From the IMG/VR virus record IMGVR_UViG_3300009034_000016, positions 1-64,000 of that record: a DNA stretch of 64,000 bases; one strand, given 5' to 3'. The position numbers and the translations under genes are program-made. This document shows, one piece after another, positions 9,349 to 18,915 of this stretch. The notes beneath the pieces were generated by a model. The model did no database searches and was not told the DNA's origin. It saw nothing but the letters and a program-made list of their open reading frames with translations. This stretch comes from a virus. Each line of letters begins with the position of its first letter. The first letter of the stretch is position 1.

Positions 9349-10341
9349 GTGGCTTCACCCGATGTTCCGAGGCCTGGAAGTTCGATAGACGATGATAAGA
9401 AAAAAAAGCGGCTTGTCGGCTTAACGGCCAGGGAAGTGAGTCTAGTAGACAGACCAGCGAATCAGAAGGATTTTCTTGTAATTAAAAATTTATCCGAGAA
9501 AGGAGGGATAGAGATGAAAAGAGAAAAAGTTATTAACGAAGAGGGCAAGGAAGTGCAGATAGTCAAGGATGACCCGACTGGGGACGTTGTCACTCTAGAA
9601 CTCAGTGAGGAGGAAGCTCAAGTTGCTCTTGCTGAGGATCTGGATATTTCGCTAGATGAGTTGAAGTCGCTCCAGGAAAGTGTGAAAGACGAAGGCGAAG
9701 ATGGAGTAGGCGACGGTGCTGGTGGGGCGGCGGACACTGGAGGAGATGCTGGTGGAAAGGAGAAGCAGGTTAAGCTTCCCGCTGCTACGGAGACAATGAT
9801 TAAGAAGCTAATTGCTTTGCTTACCAAGTTACTCGCAAAGTATCCTTATGGATATGGCTATCCGAAAGCCCCCGGATCCCAGAAGACTACGGTAAAGGAT
9901 GGAGGCGATGGTTCTGGTGACAGTGAATCTGGAAAGGGCGCCAGCGAAGGCGATGGTGCCCAAGATGTTGAGAAGATCGGCAGTCCGATTTCCCGGGAAC
10001 GTCTCAAGACTCTGAGAGGGGTTGTCATTACGCTTCAAAAGCTTCTTGACGAACTGGATAAGAAGAGTGAGGGAGAGGAGGCACCAGCTAAGAAGGCCGA
10101 TGAAAAGGGCGGAGAGGAGACTCCGAAGGAAGAGGTCCCGGTTAAGAAAGCCGAAGGAGGCGACGGTGCTGGCGACAAAGGTAAGGAAGATCCCACTCTA
10201 TTAGAGGTAGTGGCCGAGTTGAAAGGTCGCGTAGAGGCCATGGAGCAACTCGAGGGAACTCAAAAGGGACAAAAAGCCGATGGGACGGAAGGTGGCGGGA
10301 CGAAGGAAGGTATGTGGAGTAATGTCCTGGGCATCTCATAA
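9349..10341 (+). CDS. Capsid scaffolding protein
   Basis: N-terminal EVSLVDRPAN motif, acidic low-complexity body, short hydrophobic C-terminus (MWSNVLGIS); directly before the capsid gene. Confidence 0.7.
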   Translation: MASPDVPRPGSSIDDDKKKKRLVGLTAREVSLVDRPANQKDFLVIKNLSEKGGIEMKREKVINEEGKEVQIVKDDPTGDVVTLELSEEEAQVALAEDLDISLDELKSLQESVKDEGEDGVGDGAGGAADTGGDAGGKEKQVKLPAATETMIKKLIALLTKLLAKYPYGYGYPKAPGSQKTTVKDGGDGSGDSESGKGASEGDGAQDVEKIGSPISRERLKTLRGVVITLQKLLDELDKKSEGEEAPAKKADEKGGEETPKEEVPVKKAEGGDGAGDKGKEDPTLLEVVAELKGRVEAMEQLEGTQKGQKADGTEGGGTKEGMWSNVLGIS

Positions 10342-10363
10342 CATTTACTTTTAGAAAGGAGGG

Positions 10364-11436
10364 ATGACTAAGATGACTAATCAAGAACTTGTTGAAAAGG
10401 GAATAATTGTCGCGTCTGCCCTGGCTACTCAGGGAAAGCTCAATCCGCAGCAGGCCGACAAGTTCCTGGACTATGTCATCGACGAGACGAAACTCAAGGA
10501 CGCAGCGAGGATTGTAAGGTTCAAGCCCGAGAGCTACGATATCGACAAAATCGGAGTTGGGGCGAGAGCAGCGGTGCCGAAGGCTGAGGCTACCGACCCG
10601 GGAATCCGCCGGGGTATTGTCACATCCAGGGTAAGGTTAACTCCTGAAGAAGTTATGGTCCCAGTGGAGATCAGCGATATCTTCAAGGATGTTAATATTG
10701 AGGGCGATGATGTAGAGACTCATATCATCAAAATGTTTGCTACCCAGTTAGCAAACGATCTGGAAGAGCTCTATATCATAGGTGATATTCTCGGACCAGC
10801 CGTACTGGAGGGGAATATCGTAGATGGTGGATCAACGACTCAGTATATCAGGGATAGCTACCTGGCGCTCATGAACGGATGGCTCAGGATATGCGATGGG
10901 ACTACTACTCCCCTCCGGGTGGGGGCGCATGTAGTCAATGCGGCCGGAGTCAACATCGAGTCCAAAATCTTCTCGAACGCGATCAAGGCTATGCCGGAGA
11001 AGTTCAAGCGGAACCGGAATCAGTTAAGATTCCTTATCGCACCCGACTTGGAACAGAACTACCGGGAAAAGATCTCGACCCGGGCAACCGGCGCTGGTGA
11101 TGTAGCCCTGTCTACCACCAAGAACCTGACTCCGTTCGGGATCGAGGCGGTTCCAATACCACTACTAGCCAGGATCTAACCAACGGGACGATCACTAGGC
11201 TTACTGGGGGAGCCATTGGTTCCGGTGCTACCGTGAAGGTGACCTATAGCCCTTATTCCCAGATGCTCTTAACCCATTTCCGGAATCTTATTGTAGGTCT
11301 GGGAAGGGATGTGCGGATCGAGAAGGACAGGGACATCTTCAAGGGTGTTAATCAGTATGCGATTACGATCAAAGTGGCGGTGGATATTGAGAACCTCGAC
11401 GCAGTCGTCAAGGTAACGAATATCGGCTTATTGTAG
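10364..11436 (+). pseudogene. Major capsid protein (HK97 fold) split into 10364-11179 and ~11170-11436 by a frameshift or deletion
   Basis: N-part GKLNPQQADKFLDYVID..QLANDLEEL; C-part LLTHFRNLIVGLGRDVRIEKDRD..DAVVKVTNI lies in the -1 frame, which is open from ~11170 (QDLTNGTITRLTGGAIGSGATVKVTY). Confidence 0.8.
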
Positions 11437-11504
11437 CATTCTGAAGAGTCGAGCATCTGGCTAAAGACGCAGAATCTAAAAAACTACGAATAGGAGTAAG
11501 CTAT

Positions 11505-11813
11505 ATGAAAGCAACAGTGGTTCTAAAGGAAGCCGCGACCTATCACTATAAGACCTATATCTTCAAGCACGGGATCCCGCAGCCAGTTACCAATCCTCGA
11601 GACATCAAAGATTTACAAACTGACGGGATGGTTCAGGTGACTATTGAGGACGGGAAGCAGAAATTTTCGACGGGGGATGTTACCGCCGAGGACCTTGAAT
11701 CAATGAACTATAATGAGTTGAAAGAGGTTGCGGACAATCTCGCCCTTGATGAAATCCCGAGGAAGAAAAGCGGGCTGCTGGATTCAATTAAAGAGGCCCT
11801 AGGTCTCGAATAG
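11505..11813 (+). CDS. Small head-associated protein with Rho-N/HeH-like C-terminus
   Basis: EDLESMNYNELKEVA..KKSGLLDSI helix-extension-helix pattern; follows the capsid gene. Confidence 0.55.
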   Translation: MKATVVLKEAATYHYKTYIFKHGIPQPVTNPRDIKDLQTDGMVQVTIEDGKQKFSTGDVTAEDLESMNYNELKEVADNLALDEIPRKKSGLLDSIKEALGLE

Positions 11814-11951
11814 GGTTTTTCCCGGATTCAGCTTGGAGCGATAAAAAGACCACAAGCTAAAGGGTAGTGCTGGAGCCAGCACGGTTATTTAGCAGTTGGG
11901 TTAGGAAATCTGGAGGGAAAGGGTGTTTCGGAAACCCCCCATTATTTTAGG

Positions 11952-12407
11952 ATGAGAGGGGGGGAGGTGAAACATAACAATCTTATGAAGGTCATACTTA
12001 AGAGTCCTGCCCCCATCACCGTTGATGACTTTCCGCCCGATACGGTCCGGACCAGGGCGGGTGCTTTACACTTTCGTCCCGGCTCACTGGTGGAAATAAC
12101 GCAGAGTGAATATGAGCATCTCAAGGGCGGGGGAATGAATCTTGAAATTCATACCGCTGATGCCAAGGATGCCTCTCAAACCGGGGGAACGGGAGAGCCA
12201 GTAGCGGGGGGGTCAGGGGTAGATGATAAATTGCTTGAACTGAGCGTGGCTGCGGTGCGCGATGAAGTTCTAACCCGAAAGTCTGGCATGATGGCCGAGG
12301 AATATGCTGATTTTATTATGAGGTTAGCACTTATAGAAGCGGACGGTAAAAACCGAAGCAGCCTGATACACTTTTTCGAAGAAGAGGCTAAGCATTGCGG
12401 AGTATGA
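11952..12407 (+). CDS. Hypothetical head-associated protein
   Basis: C-terminal EADGKNRSSLI motif common in small post-capsid proteins. Confidence 0.55.
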   Translation: MRGGEVKHNNLMKVILKSPAPITVDDFPPDTVRTRAGALHFRPGSLVEITQSEYEHLKGGGMNLEIHTADAKDASQTGGTGEPVAGGSGVDDKLLELSVAAVRDEVLTRKSGMMAEEYADFIMRLALIEADGKNRSSLIHFFEEEAKHCGV

Positions 12408-12408
12408 T

Positions 12409-12771
12409 ACGCTCAAGGTTCATGTTAACAACGGGCAGACCCTCAATTTTGACCTTCAGGATGTGGGGGAGAGAGCAGAATGGCTTAGATTAGCCGGGGA
12501 CCCCTCCTTTCAGGAAACTATCACGGGGCTTGCGATTCTAAATAATCGCATACTCCATACCCTCCCGATTCCAAAAGGCTTCAGACAGGTTGAATTCAGC
12601 GCCGATAGAATAGAGGACCGTAAAAACGGTATGATAGTGGGGGAGCGAATGGAGTGTCAGGCTGACGGGATCTTGGTATCTGAGATAGTTTATTATTCTA
12701 AAACTCCCCGGATTACCCGGGTGGATCTGCTCCGGGTAGGCCGGCAGGTATTTAGGAGCAAAGATGTCTAA
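12409..12771 (+). CDS. Hypothetical protein (start uncertain: ACG at 12409 or GTG at 12463)
   Basis: The open frame extends upstream of 12463; GGAG lies 6 nt before ACG-CTC-AAG. Confidence 0.5.
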   Translation, partial: TLKVHVNNGQTLNFDLQDVGERAEWLRLAGDPSFQETITGLAILNNRILHTLPIPKGFRQVEFSADRIEDRKNGMIVGERMECQADGILVSEIVYYSKTPRITRVDLLRVGRQVFRSKDV

Positions 12772-13033
12772 GAGAATACATTTCGAGGATTATGCAGCAC
12801 CGACTTCTTACGGGGATCCAATCGAGTTCGGCTTTGAGGCCGAGCACATGAGAATAATACACGACGGCAATGGGACCCTGACAATATCCTTCGATAAGAC
12901 CGCAACGGACGGGAAGATGCTCAGCACGGACACTCCACTTGAACTCCTCGATCTGCGAATGTCGAAGATATGGATCAAATCAAGTGTGGATACCGATCCG
13001 GTAAGGGTCTACGCCTGGCGATCCGGCAGATAG
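12764..13033 (+). CDS. Small beta-rich virion protein
   Basis: AGGAG RBS; jelly-roll-like pattern; in the head module. Confidence 0.5.
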   Translation: MSKRIHFEDYAAPTSYGDPIEFGFEAEHMRIIHDGNGTLTISFDKTATDGKMLSTDTPLELLDLRMSKIWIKSSVDTDPVRVYAWRSGR

Positions 13034-13065
13034 GATTTTAAAAGTGGTGTAGGGGAAGGTTCCTA

Positions 13066-13776
13066 ATGGCATTATTGATTACTATCTCGGACTTCAGGTT
13101 TCAGGAGAACTTTAAGAAAGTGCCCCCAGAGGACGCTAAATTAAAAGAACTAATCGAATACTGGCAATCCTGGATTGAACGGGTAACGGGAAATTATTTT
13201 GAAAAAAAGGCCTTATCCTTCTATGTGGACGGAAACGATTCCGAAATGTTACACCTTGGAATTCCGATTATCACGATAACTCACTTAAGAATTAACGACT
13301 CCACTGCCGATCTTCCAGCTGATGAATACGCGGTCTATAATGGCAGGACTCCGCCAAATGATGACCGCCAAAATCCAAAGATAGTGCTTAAACAAAATTA
13401 TCGAAGAAATATATTTACCGATCCGGTGACGCCGATCCTGGGGCAGGTTTCAAAGCGAAGATTTCTGAGAGGCGAGAAAAACCAATACATCGAGGGGGAA
13501 TTCGGATACTTGGAACCGGATGACTCGGTTCCCCAGCCCATTCTCAGGGCGCTAAAAAGACTTGTCCTGAAAGATGCAGAGGCGATAGCCGGGGGTAAGA
13601 CAGTGCTGGACACCATGGATAAGTCCCGACTGATATCTCAAACGACAGATAAGCATAGCTATAAATTATCGGCAAGTCCCGGGGGTGGAGCTAGCTTAAC
13701 AGGGGATCAAGAGGTAGACAAAATATTAAGGGCTTATCGAGCACCGGCCGCAATGGGTGTGCCGAGGGATTGGTAG
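13066..13776 (+). CDS. Head-tail adaptor (gp6/gp15-like)
   Basis: WIERVTGNYF, GEFGY..VPQPI motifs; synteny. Confidence 0.7.
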   Translation: MALLITISDFRFQENFKKVPPEDAKLKELIEYWQSWIERVTGNYFEKKALSFYVDGNDSEMLHLGIPIITITHLRINDSTADLPADEYAVYNGRTPPNDDRQNPKIVLKQNYRRNIFTDPVTPILGQVSKRRFLRGEKNQYIEGEFGYLEPDDSVPQPILRALKRLVLKDAEAIAGGKTVLDTMDKSRLISQTTDKHSYKLSASPGGGASLTGDQEVDKILRAYRAPAAMGVPRDW

Positions 13777-13777
13777 A

Positions 13778-14170
13778 ATGGACCCTGACCTGATACATCC
13801 GATACCGGTTGAAATCGAGCAGATCGATAAGGGAAAAACAGCCTATGATGATGACGCGAGGGAGGCTGTTAGAACGATAGGCCGGAGTGTAGTGCAGAAA
13901 CTTGAAGCTCAAGTCTCTTGGTCGGTAAAGGATGAACCAATTCCTGGGAAGCAGGGGATATCGGAGGAGGCCCGGGGGTATTTGTTATTCAGACGAAATG
14001 ATTTAATCGGAAAATCTATCATAATAAATAGAGGGGATAAAATTATCAAGATCGGACATGATGATGTTGAGTTATTTATTCTTGGTAGAACCCCGGCGGG
14101 GCACTATCCTGATCAGGGCGGAGCTACTTTGCTGCAAGCTTATTTCGGTGATAGAAATCCGAGAACGTGA
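13778..14170 (+). CDS. Head closure protein
   Basis: YDDDAREAV..GYLLFR..INRGDKI; synteny. Confidence 0.6.
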   Translation: MDPDLIHPIPVEIEQIDKGKTAYDDDAREAVRTIGRSVVQKLEAQVSWSVKDEPIPGKQGISEEARGYLLFRRNDLIGKSIIINRGDKIIKIGHDDVELFILGRTPAGHYPDQGGATLLQAYFGDRNPRT

Positions 14171-14173
14171 AGT

Positions 14174-14764
14174 ATGGCTGACATTAAATTAACAGGCGAC
14201 TGGGGAACTTTTGGACAGGTGCTTATTGCCCTCTCGAGGCCTAAGAGTTACGATCCCGAGGTAAAGCGGTGCCTGCTGGCTTCCGGGGAAATGGTTCGGG
14301 GTGAGATCCGGAAAAGAATCGCCGATAAGAAATATGCACCTAACCGCCCAATGACTGTGGCTTTAAAGGGAAGCGATGTGCCGCTTGTTGATAAGGGAGA
14401 TCTATATAGAGCAATTGCTGTAAAGAAGCCCATTGAAAAGCGGGAAGTGTTCATAGGTGTTCTCCGGACGGCTAAAAAAGGCAGGAGAAAGCTTGCTAAT
14501 GTCGCCGCTATTCTGCACTATTGGAGAGGTCCCATTAAGGTAACTCCCAAGATGCGCCGTTATTTCCTGGCAATGTCAATTAAGTTCCCCGGTAAATGGT
14601 TCCCCCTGAAACCCGATACAAAGTTTTTGTCCTTCACCCGGAGGCCGTTCATAACGGATGTGACTGACGATACCAAAGTAATTGATGTATTTAAAGAGAA
14701 CTGCCTTAAAGTTATGGATGCAATAATTAATGAAAGACCAGGACGCTATCGGGGGCGGGTATAA
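14174..14764 (+). CDS. Neck / virion morphogenesis protein
   Basis: KGSDVPLVDKGDL and RRPF motifs; synteny. Confidence 0.65.
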   Translation: MADIKLTGDWGTFGQVLIALSRPKSYDPEVKRCLLASGEMVRGEIRKRIADKKYAPNRPMTVALKGSDVPLVDKGDLYRAIAVKKPIEKREVFIGVLRTAKKGRRKLANVAAILHYWRGPIKVTPKMRRYFLAMSIKFPGKWFPLKPDTKFLSFTRRPFITDVTDDTKVIDVFKENCLKVMDAIINERPGRYRGRV

Positions 14765-14806
14765 ACTATCGCCATCTTTTTGCTGGCGATTTCCATGTTT
14801 CACATT

Positions 14807-16054
14807 ATGAGCATAATTAAGATCATTAAATTAGTTGAATTCCCGGAGACAGCCAGGCCGAAGATCGAGTTCAGCGACACGGATAAGATTCGCCTGGATC
14901 CGGTAACTAACCGAGTGGTGCTGAAAAAAGACAGCCTGGGATATTACCCGGTATCCGAGGATCCGATTTATGTTCTGGCTCCCTACATTGAGCCCACATC
15001 TCAGAGGAAGTGGCTAAAATTTGAAGAACTAACGTATAAGCCCGATGGTACTTCAATATTTCATCGTCTGGTTGATAAGACTAATCATACTTGGCATTGG
15101 ACGGGTTCGATCTGGGAGGACAAGGGCGAGGGTGTATGGACTGCCCCGTGGAATACCGAGCAAGAAATTAATGAGAATATCGAGACTCTTTCCTTTGGGG
15201 GTAACAACCCCCATGCGATCCGGATAGCGACCTGGCTGAAAACGGTCGACCGCAACGTGACCCCGAAGCTCCAAGGACACAAGTTGCTTATGGAAGCGGA
15301 CATCAGTTTTCAGGAAAGCTGGCTGCTCCGAGCGTTAGTGCCCTCATTGAAGGCGGGGATACACTTCGACGCCGATTTGAAATTAGATATGTTTTCTTCT
15401 CAATCATATGTTGATCTGGCGGGTGAAGATCTGGGGGGGTTGAATATCAAAGATTGTGCCGTAGGATACGATCTGACCGATGACCCGAACCTGACGATTA
15501 ACATAGTTTCCAGTTACGATCCGGTAACTAAGCGAGTGACCTTTACTGGTTCAATCACCTCGGAGCATGAAGTTCTTTTGAGGCTTGAATGTGAACCGGA
15601 GGTGGCGATAACAACCGGACAGGACTATACAGAACTGGCGAAGGTGCCGGCCCTGATTTTGGATGACCTCACAGTCACCGAAAGTCTTCAATCCTATGAT
15701 GGTGAAACGATTAAGGACAAGGTAAATAATGAAGGCTGGCAGATGGCCCCGCCCTTAAATGAAGTGTGGTCTTTTCTCTTTTTATGTATCACCGACAAGC
15801 TTACCGACCAGCTAAGGTTAGCGAATGCGATCAAGAGTTACTTTAGGAGTAATCCCATTCTGCACTGGGATGCTCTCGATGTCGATCTCGACTTAGTGCA
15901 GACGAGTAAGTATTCCTCTAACTATCGTGCCAACCTCTCCGGCGTAATCCAGGGAGAATGTAATTTTCAGGTGAAATGGGTTCCTAACTATTTATCCCCG
16001 GGTGGGGGAGTGGATTTGATAAAAACATTTAACTTAACTATGTTACTTAGGTGA
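14807..16054 (+). CDS. Probable tail terminator with an added N-terminal domain
   Basis: Directly before the sheath gene; C-terminal VPALILDD..WSFLFLC pattern. Confidence 0.45.
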   Translation: MSIIKIIKLVEFPETARPKIEFSDTDKIRLDPVTNRVVLKKDSLGYYPVSEDPIYVLAPYIEPTSQRKWLKFEELTYKPDGTSIFHRLVDKTNHTWHWTGSIWEDKGEGVWTAPWNTEQEINENIETLSFGGNNPHAIRIATWLKTVDRNVTPKLQGHKLLMEADISFQESWLLRALVPSLKAGIHFDADLKLDMFSSQSYVDLAGEDLGGLNIKDCAVGYDLTDDPNLTINIVSSYDPVTKRVTFTGSITSEHEVLLRLECEPEVAITTGQDYTELAKVPALILDDLTVTESLQSYDGETIKDKVNNEGWQMAPPLNEVWSFLFLCITDKLTDQLRLANAIKSYFRSNPILHWDALDVDLDLVQTSKYSSNYRANLSGVIQGECNFQVKWVPNYLSPGGGVDLIKTFNLTMLLR

Positions 16055-16076
16055 AACTTAAAAGGAGGTAGGTGTT

Positions 16077-18416
16077 ATGGCACAAAGACGATTCGGACCG
16101 GTTAACGCCCCGGGGGTCGGTATAATAGAGAAGGCGCCTGAGCGTGCAGTTTCCCCGGCTGTCCTCGGCCCCGTTTGTTACTTTGGAATCACCGAGAAAG
16201 GTGAGGTTGGGGAACTTAATGCCTGTCTTACCAAGCCTGAGTTTACCCGGCGGATGGGGGGGAGGATACCGGATTCCCTGCTACCCGACGCAGCACAGGA
16301 TTATTTTGATAGCGGAAGGGGTGCAGGGCGACTCTACGGTGTCCGGGTTACTGACGGCTCGGAGGTAAAGTCCGAACTAACCTTGAAAAATCGGGCCTCT
16401 ACCCGGGCGGATGTAATTAAGGTGACGGCAAAGAATGGCGGAAGCTGGGGGGGTAAGAAGAGGGTCTTCTTTGCGGATATCGTTGACTATGCAACCGATC
16501 TTACCGAGACGGTATTGAAGACCTCGTGGCAGCCTACTACCGAGATCCCGAAGGATATGTTTAAGGGTGCGGTATTGACTTTCATGAAAACCAGTAAGAG
16601 CTACACCGTAATAAGCTCTACTCTGGCGAACTCGACTACCGAGCTTGAACTGACTGTAACGGCGGATAGCAAGATGGCGACCGACTGCAATTTCGGAGCG
16701 GCGGAGGACTATACCTTTACGGTTGTGTTGGGGAACGGGGAGAAGCACTTAGCGTTGGAGATCATGGACGGGCTGCTCAATCCGACCACCGAGTGGGGTT
16801 TGCGGATCTATGTGGACGGGGTGCTGGGCCCCGAGTATCCTAACCTGAATATGGATCCCGAAGCCTCGAATTATTTTATCAATGTCATCAACGATGATAC
16901 CGGAAACTTCGAGATCGAGGTTGAAGACCTGGTAACCGGGGCGAGGACGGCTGAGAGCCGCCCGGCGACGCATTACGGAGTAAATAAGACCATTGCGACG
17001 ACGAAGCTGACATTCGAGGCGGCAATTCCCGCCTACGATTCGGGGAATACCGGGGACGGCACGGTAGGGACATTCACTTACGGAGCGGATGTTAAGCCAC
17101 AGGTAATTACCCTGGAGTGTACCTCCGGAGGCCCTACGGGAACTTTCACAGTAAAGTCAACTATTGCACCCCTTGATGATCTGGCTGACGCGACTTCCGC
17201 TTCGGCTTATACCGCCCCGAGCCCTTTGGGAATAGGGTTCACGATTACAGACGGGGGAACGGCGTGGATAATCGGGGATACGATTGTAATCGATGTCAGA
17301 CCATTCGAGGAGGGTAAGTTGGTAGGTGGGAGGATATACCCATGTCTTATTGATGCCAACGAAGGAGGCAAGGAAGATCGGAGAGTGTATTTTCGGATCG
17401 TAGCGAACACGGAGACCGAGATCGACATAGGCGCCGGCGAAGACCTCACCCAGGACGGAGACTTTGAAACCGGGGATACCTTTATGGTAGTTGCACCGGA
17501 GGAACTCGGGCTTGGCTATGATGGTATCGCAGATATTGCGGACTCTGATTATAATGCCCTGTTGAACATCAGCACCTCGCCGGTGAATGAATTATCTAAC
17601 GCGAACATAGGGCTGCTTAAAATGGCTTGTCCCGGGGTGACTGCGACCGCAGTGCAGAAGGCAGGAGTTGCCCTCGCCTATGCTCTTAATTATCAATTCC
17701 GGATCGAGGTACCCGCCAATATAGTGACTTCCTCGGCCGCCGAAAAGTATGTAAACGATACCATCGGAAGGAACGATTCTATGGTCGGAGCCTTTCCGAG
17801 CTACGGAGATGTCAGCAACCCGGACGGCGAGGGGCTGAAGCAAATTTCTCTTACTGGTTCCATCCAGGGGAGGGAGGCCGGGGTCGCCCGGGATTGGGGC
17901 GGATATCACAAAGCCGCCGCGGGAATTGACGTAATCCTAAGCAGGGTTCTCAAGCTACCCGTTACACTATTCCCCGGCGATGAGGAACTTCTCAATCCCC
18001 AGGGATTGCAAATTATAAAATTCAAGGGGGGAAACTGTATCGTCTGGGGAGATAGAACCCTGGCCTTGGATCCGGGTTGGAAATGGAAGCACCAGCGGGA
18101 GCAGATGAGTTATTATGAGCATGTGCTGCAGGAGAATTTCGATTGGATTATTTTTGCGATACACGATCCGGAAACACGAGCCCAGGCGATAACAACTCTC
18201 CGGGCGTACTTCCTAATCGAGTATTCCAAAAGGGCCCTGGACAGAAACTACACCTTTGACGAGGCCTGCGATATCAAGGTAGATGCGGAAATCAATACCC
18301 CGGAGGCCCGGGCTGCGGGCGATATGTATGCTGAGATCGCATTACGGCTGCCCGACACCGTAGAGAGATTTATCATGACTGTGAACAAGCGAGGTATCTT
18401 CGAGTCCGTCGAGTAG
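16077..18416 (+). CDS. Contractile tail sheath protein
   Basis: APGVGIIE start, AKNGGSWG, HKAAAG, LLNPQGLQII..IVWGDRTL, ERFIM end; 779 aa with inserted domains. Confidence 0.93.
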   Translation: MAQRRFGPVNAPGVGIIEKAPERAVSPAVLGPVCYFGITEKGEVGELNACLTKPEFTRRMGGRIPDSLLPDAAQDYFDSGRGAGRLYGVRVTDGSEVKSELTLKNRASTRADVIKVTAKNGGSWGGKKRVFFADIVDYATDLTETVLKTSWQPTTEIPKDMFKGAVLTFMKTSKSYTVISSTLANSTTELELTVTADSKMATDCNFGAAEDYTFTVVLGNGEKHLALEIMDGLLNPTTEWGLRIYVDGVLGPEYPNLNMDPEASNYFINVINDDTGNFEIEVEDLVTGARTAESRPATHYGVNKTIATTKLTFEAAIPAYDSGNTGDGTVGTFTYGADVKPQVITLECTSGGPTGTFTVKSTIAPLDDLADATSASAYTAPSPLGIGFTITDGGTAWIIGDTIVIDVRPFEEGKLVGGRIYPCLIDANEGGKEDRRVYFRIVANTETEIDIGAGEDLTQDGDFETGDTFMVVAPEELGLGYDGIADIADSDYNALLNISTSPVNELSNANIGLLKMACPGVTATAVQKAGVALAYALNYQFRIEVPANIVTSSAAEKYVNDTIGRNDSMVGAFPSYGDVSNPDGEGLKQISLTGSIQGREAGVARDWGGYHKAAAGIDVILSRVLKLPVTLFPGDEELLNPQGLQIIKFKGGNCIVWGDRTLALDPGWKWKHQREQMSYYEHVLQENFDWIIFAIHDPETRAQAITTLRAYFLIEYSKRALDRNYTFDEACDIKVDAEINTPEARAAGDMYAEIALRLPDTVERFIMTVNKRGIFESVE

Positions 18417-18444
18417 GATTTAAAAAGGGAAAGGAGAAAGTAGA

Positions 18445-18861
18445 ATGAAAAGTGAATCGTCATACATGGGTTGGGCCGGCCGCCGAGCGGGAGCCCATTG
18501 GCATTCAACCGCGTCCAAGACCACAATGACCGATGGAAACCATAGCCACATTTGTGAGGATCTAAAAACCGTTCTTGATGGCGGAGAGCACGGCCACGAG
18601 ATTAAAGATCGAGAAGTTACCAGCAAGGGAGACCACGCCCATGCGTATCTAACAACCGATGCTAAATGGGCTTTTACTGAGCCAAATGGTGGAGAGCATG
18701 AACACGAGGTAGAACCGGACAACAAAGCACAAGGCGGGCAGCATGAGCATGTTCTAACTCTCCCGGATGGAAAAAAGCTGAAGACTCTTAGCCATGAGGA
18801 TATTAGGGCAAAATTGGTGGAGAAGTCTTTGCCCCCGAATTTCTGGGATAATGTAGTTTAG
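18445..18861 (+). CDS. His-rich protein with six HxH repeats
   Basis: HWH, HSH, HGH, HAH, HEH, HEH motifs; GGAG RBS. Confidence 0.6.
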   Translation: MKSESSYMGWAGRRAGAHWHSTASKTTMTDGNHSHICEDLKTVLDGGEHGHEIKDREVTSKGDHAHAYLTTDAKWAFTEPNGGEHEHEVEPDNKAQGGQHEHVLTLPDGKKLKTLSHEDIRAKLVEKSLPPNFWDNVV

Positions 18862-18915
18862 TTCAGGAAAAAAAGTAAATTTAGTTTTTGGAAAATAGAG
18901 TAAGGAGGTGAGATC

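Noticed and set aside
11170-11235. Self-splicing intron or stop-codon readthrough in the capsid gene
   Set aside because: The gap is only ~50 nt, is coding in the -1 frame and has no intron structure; TAA, TAG and TGA all act as normal stops elsewhere, so there is no alternative genetic code
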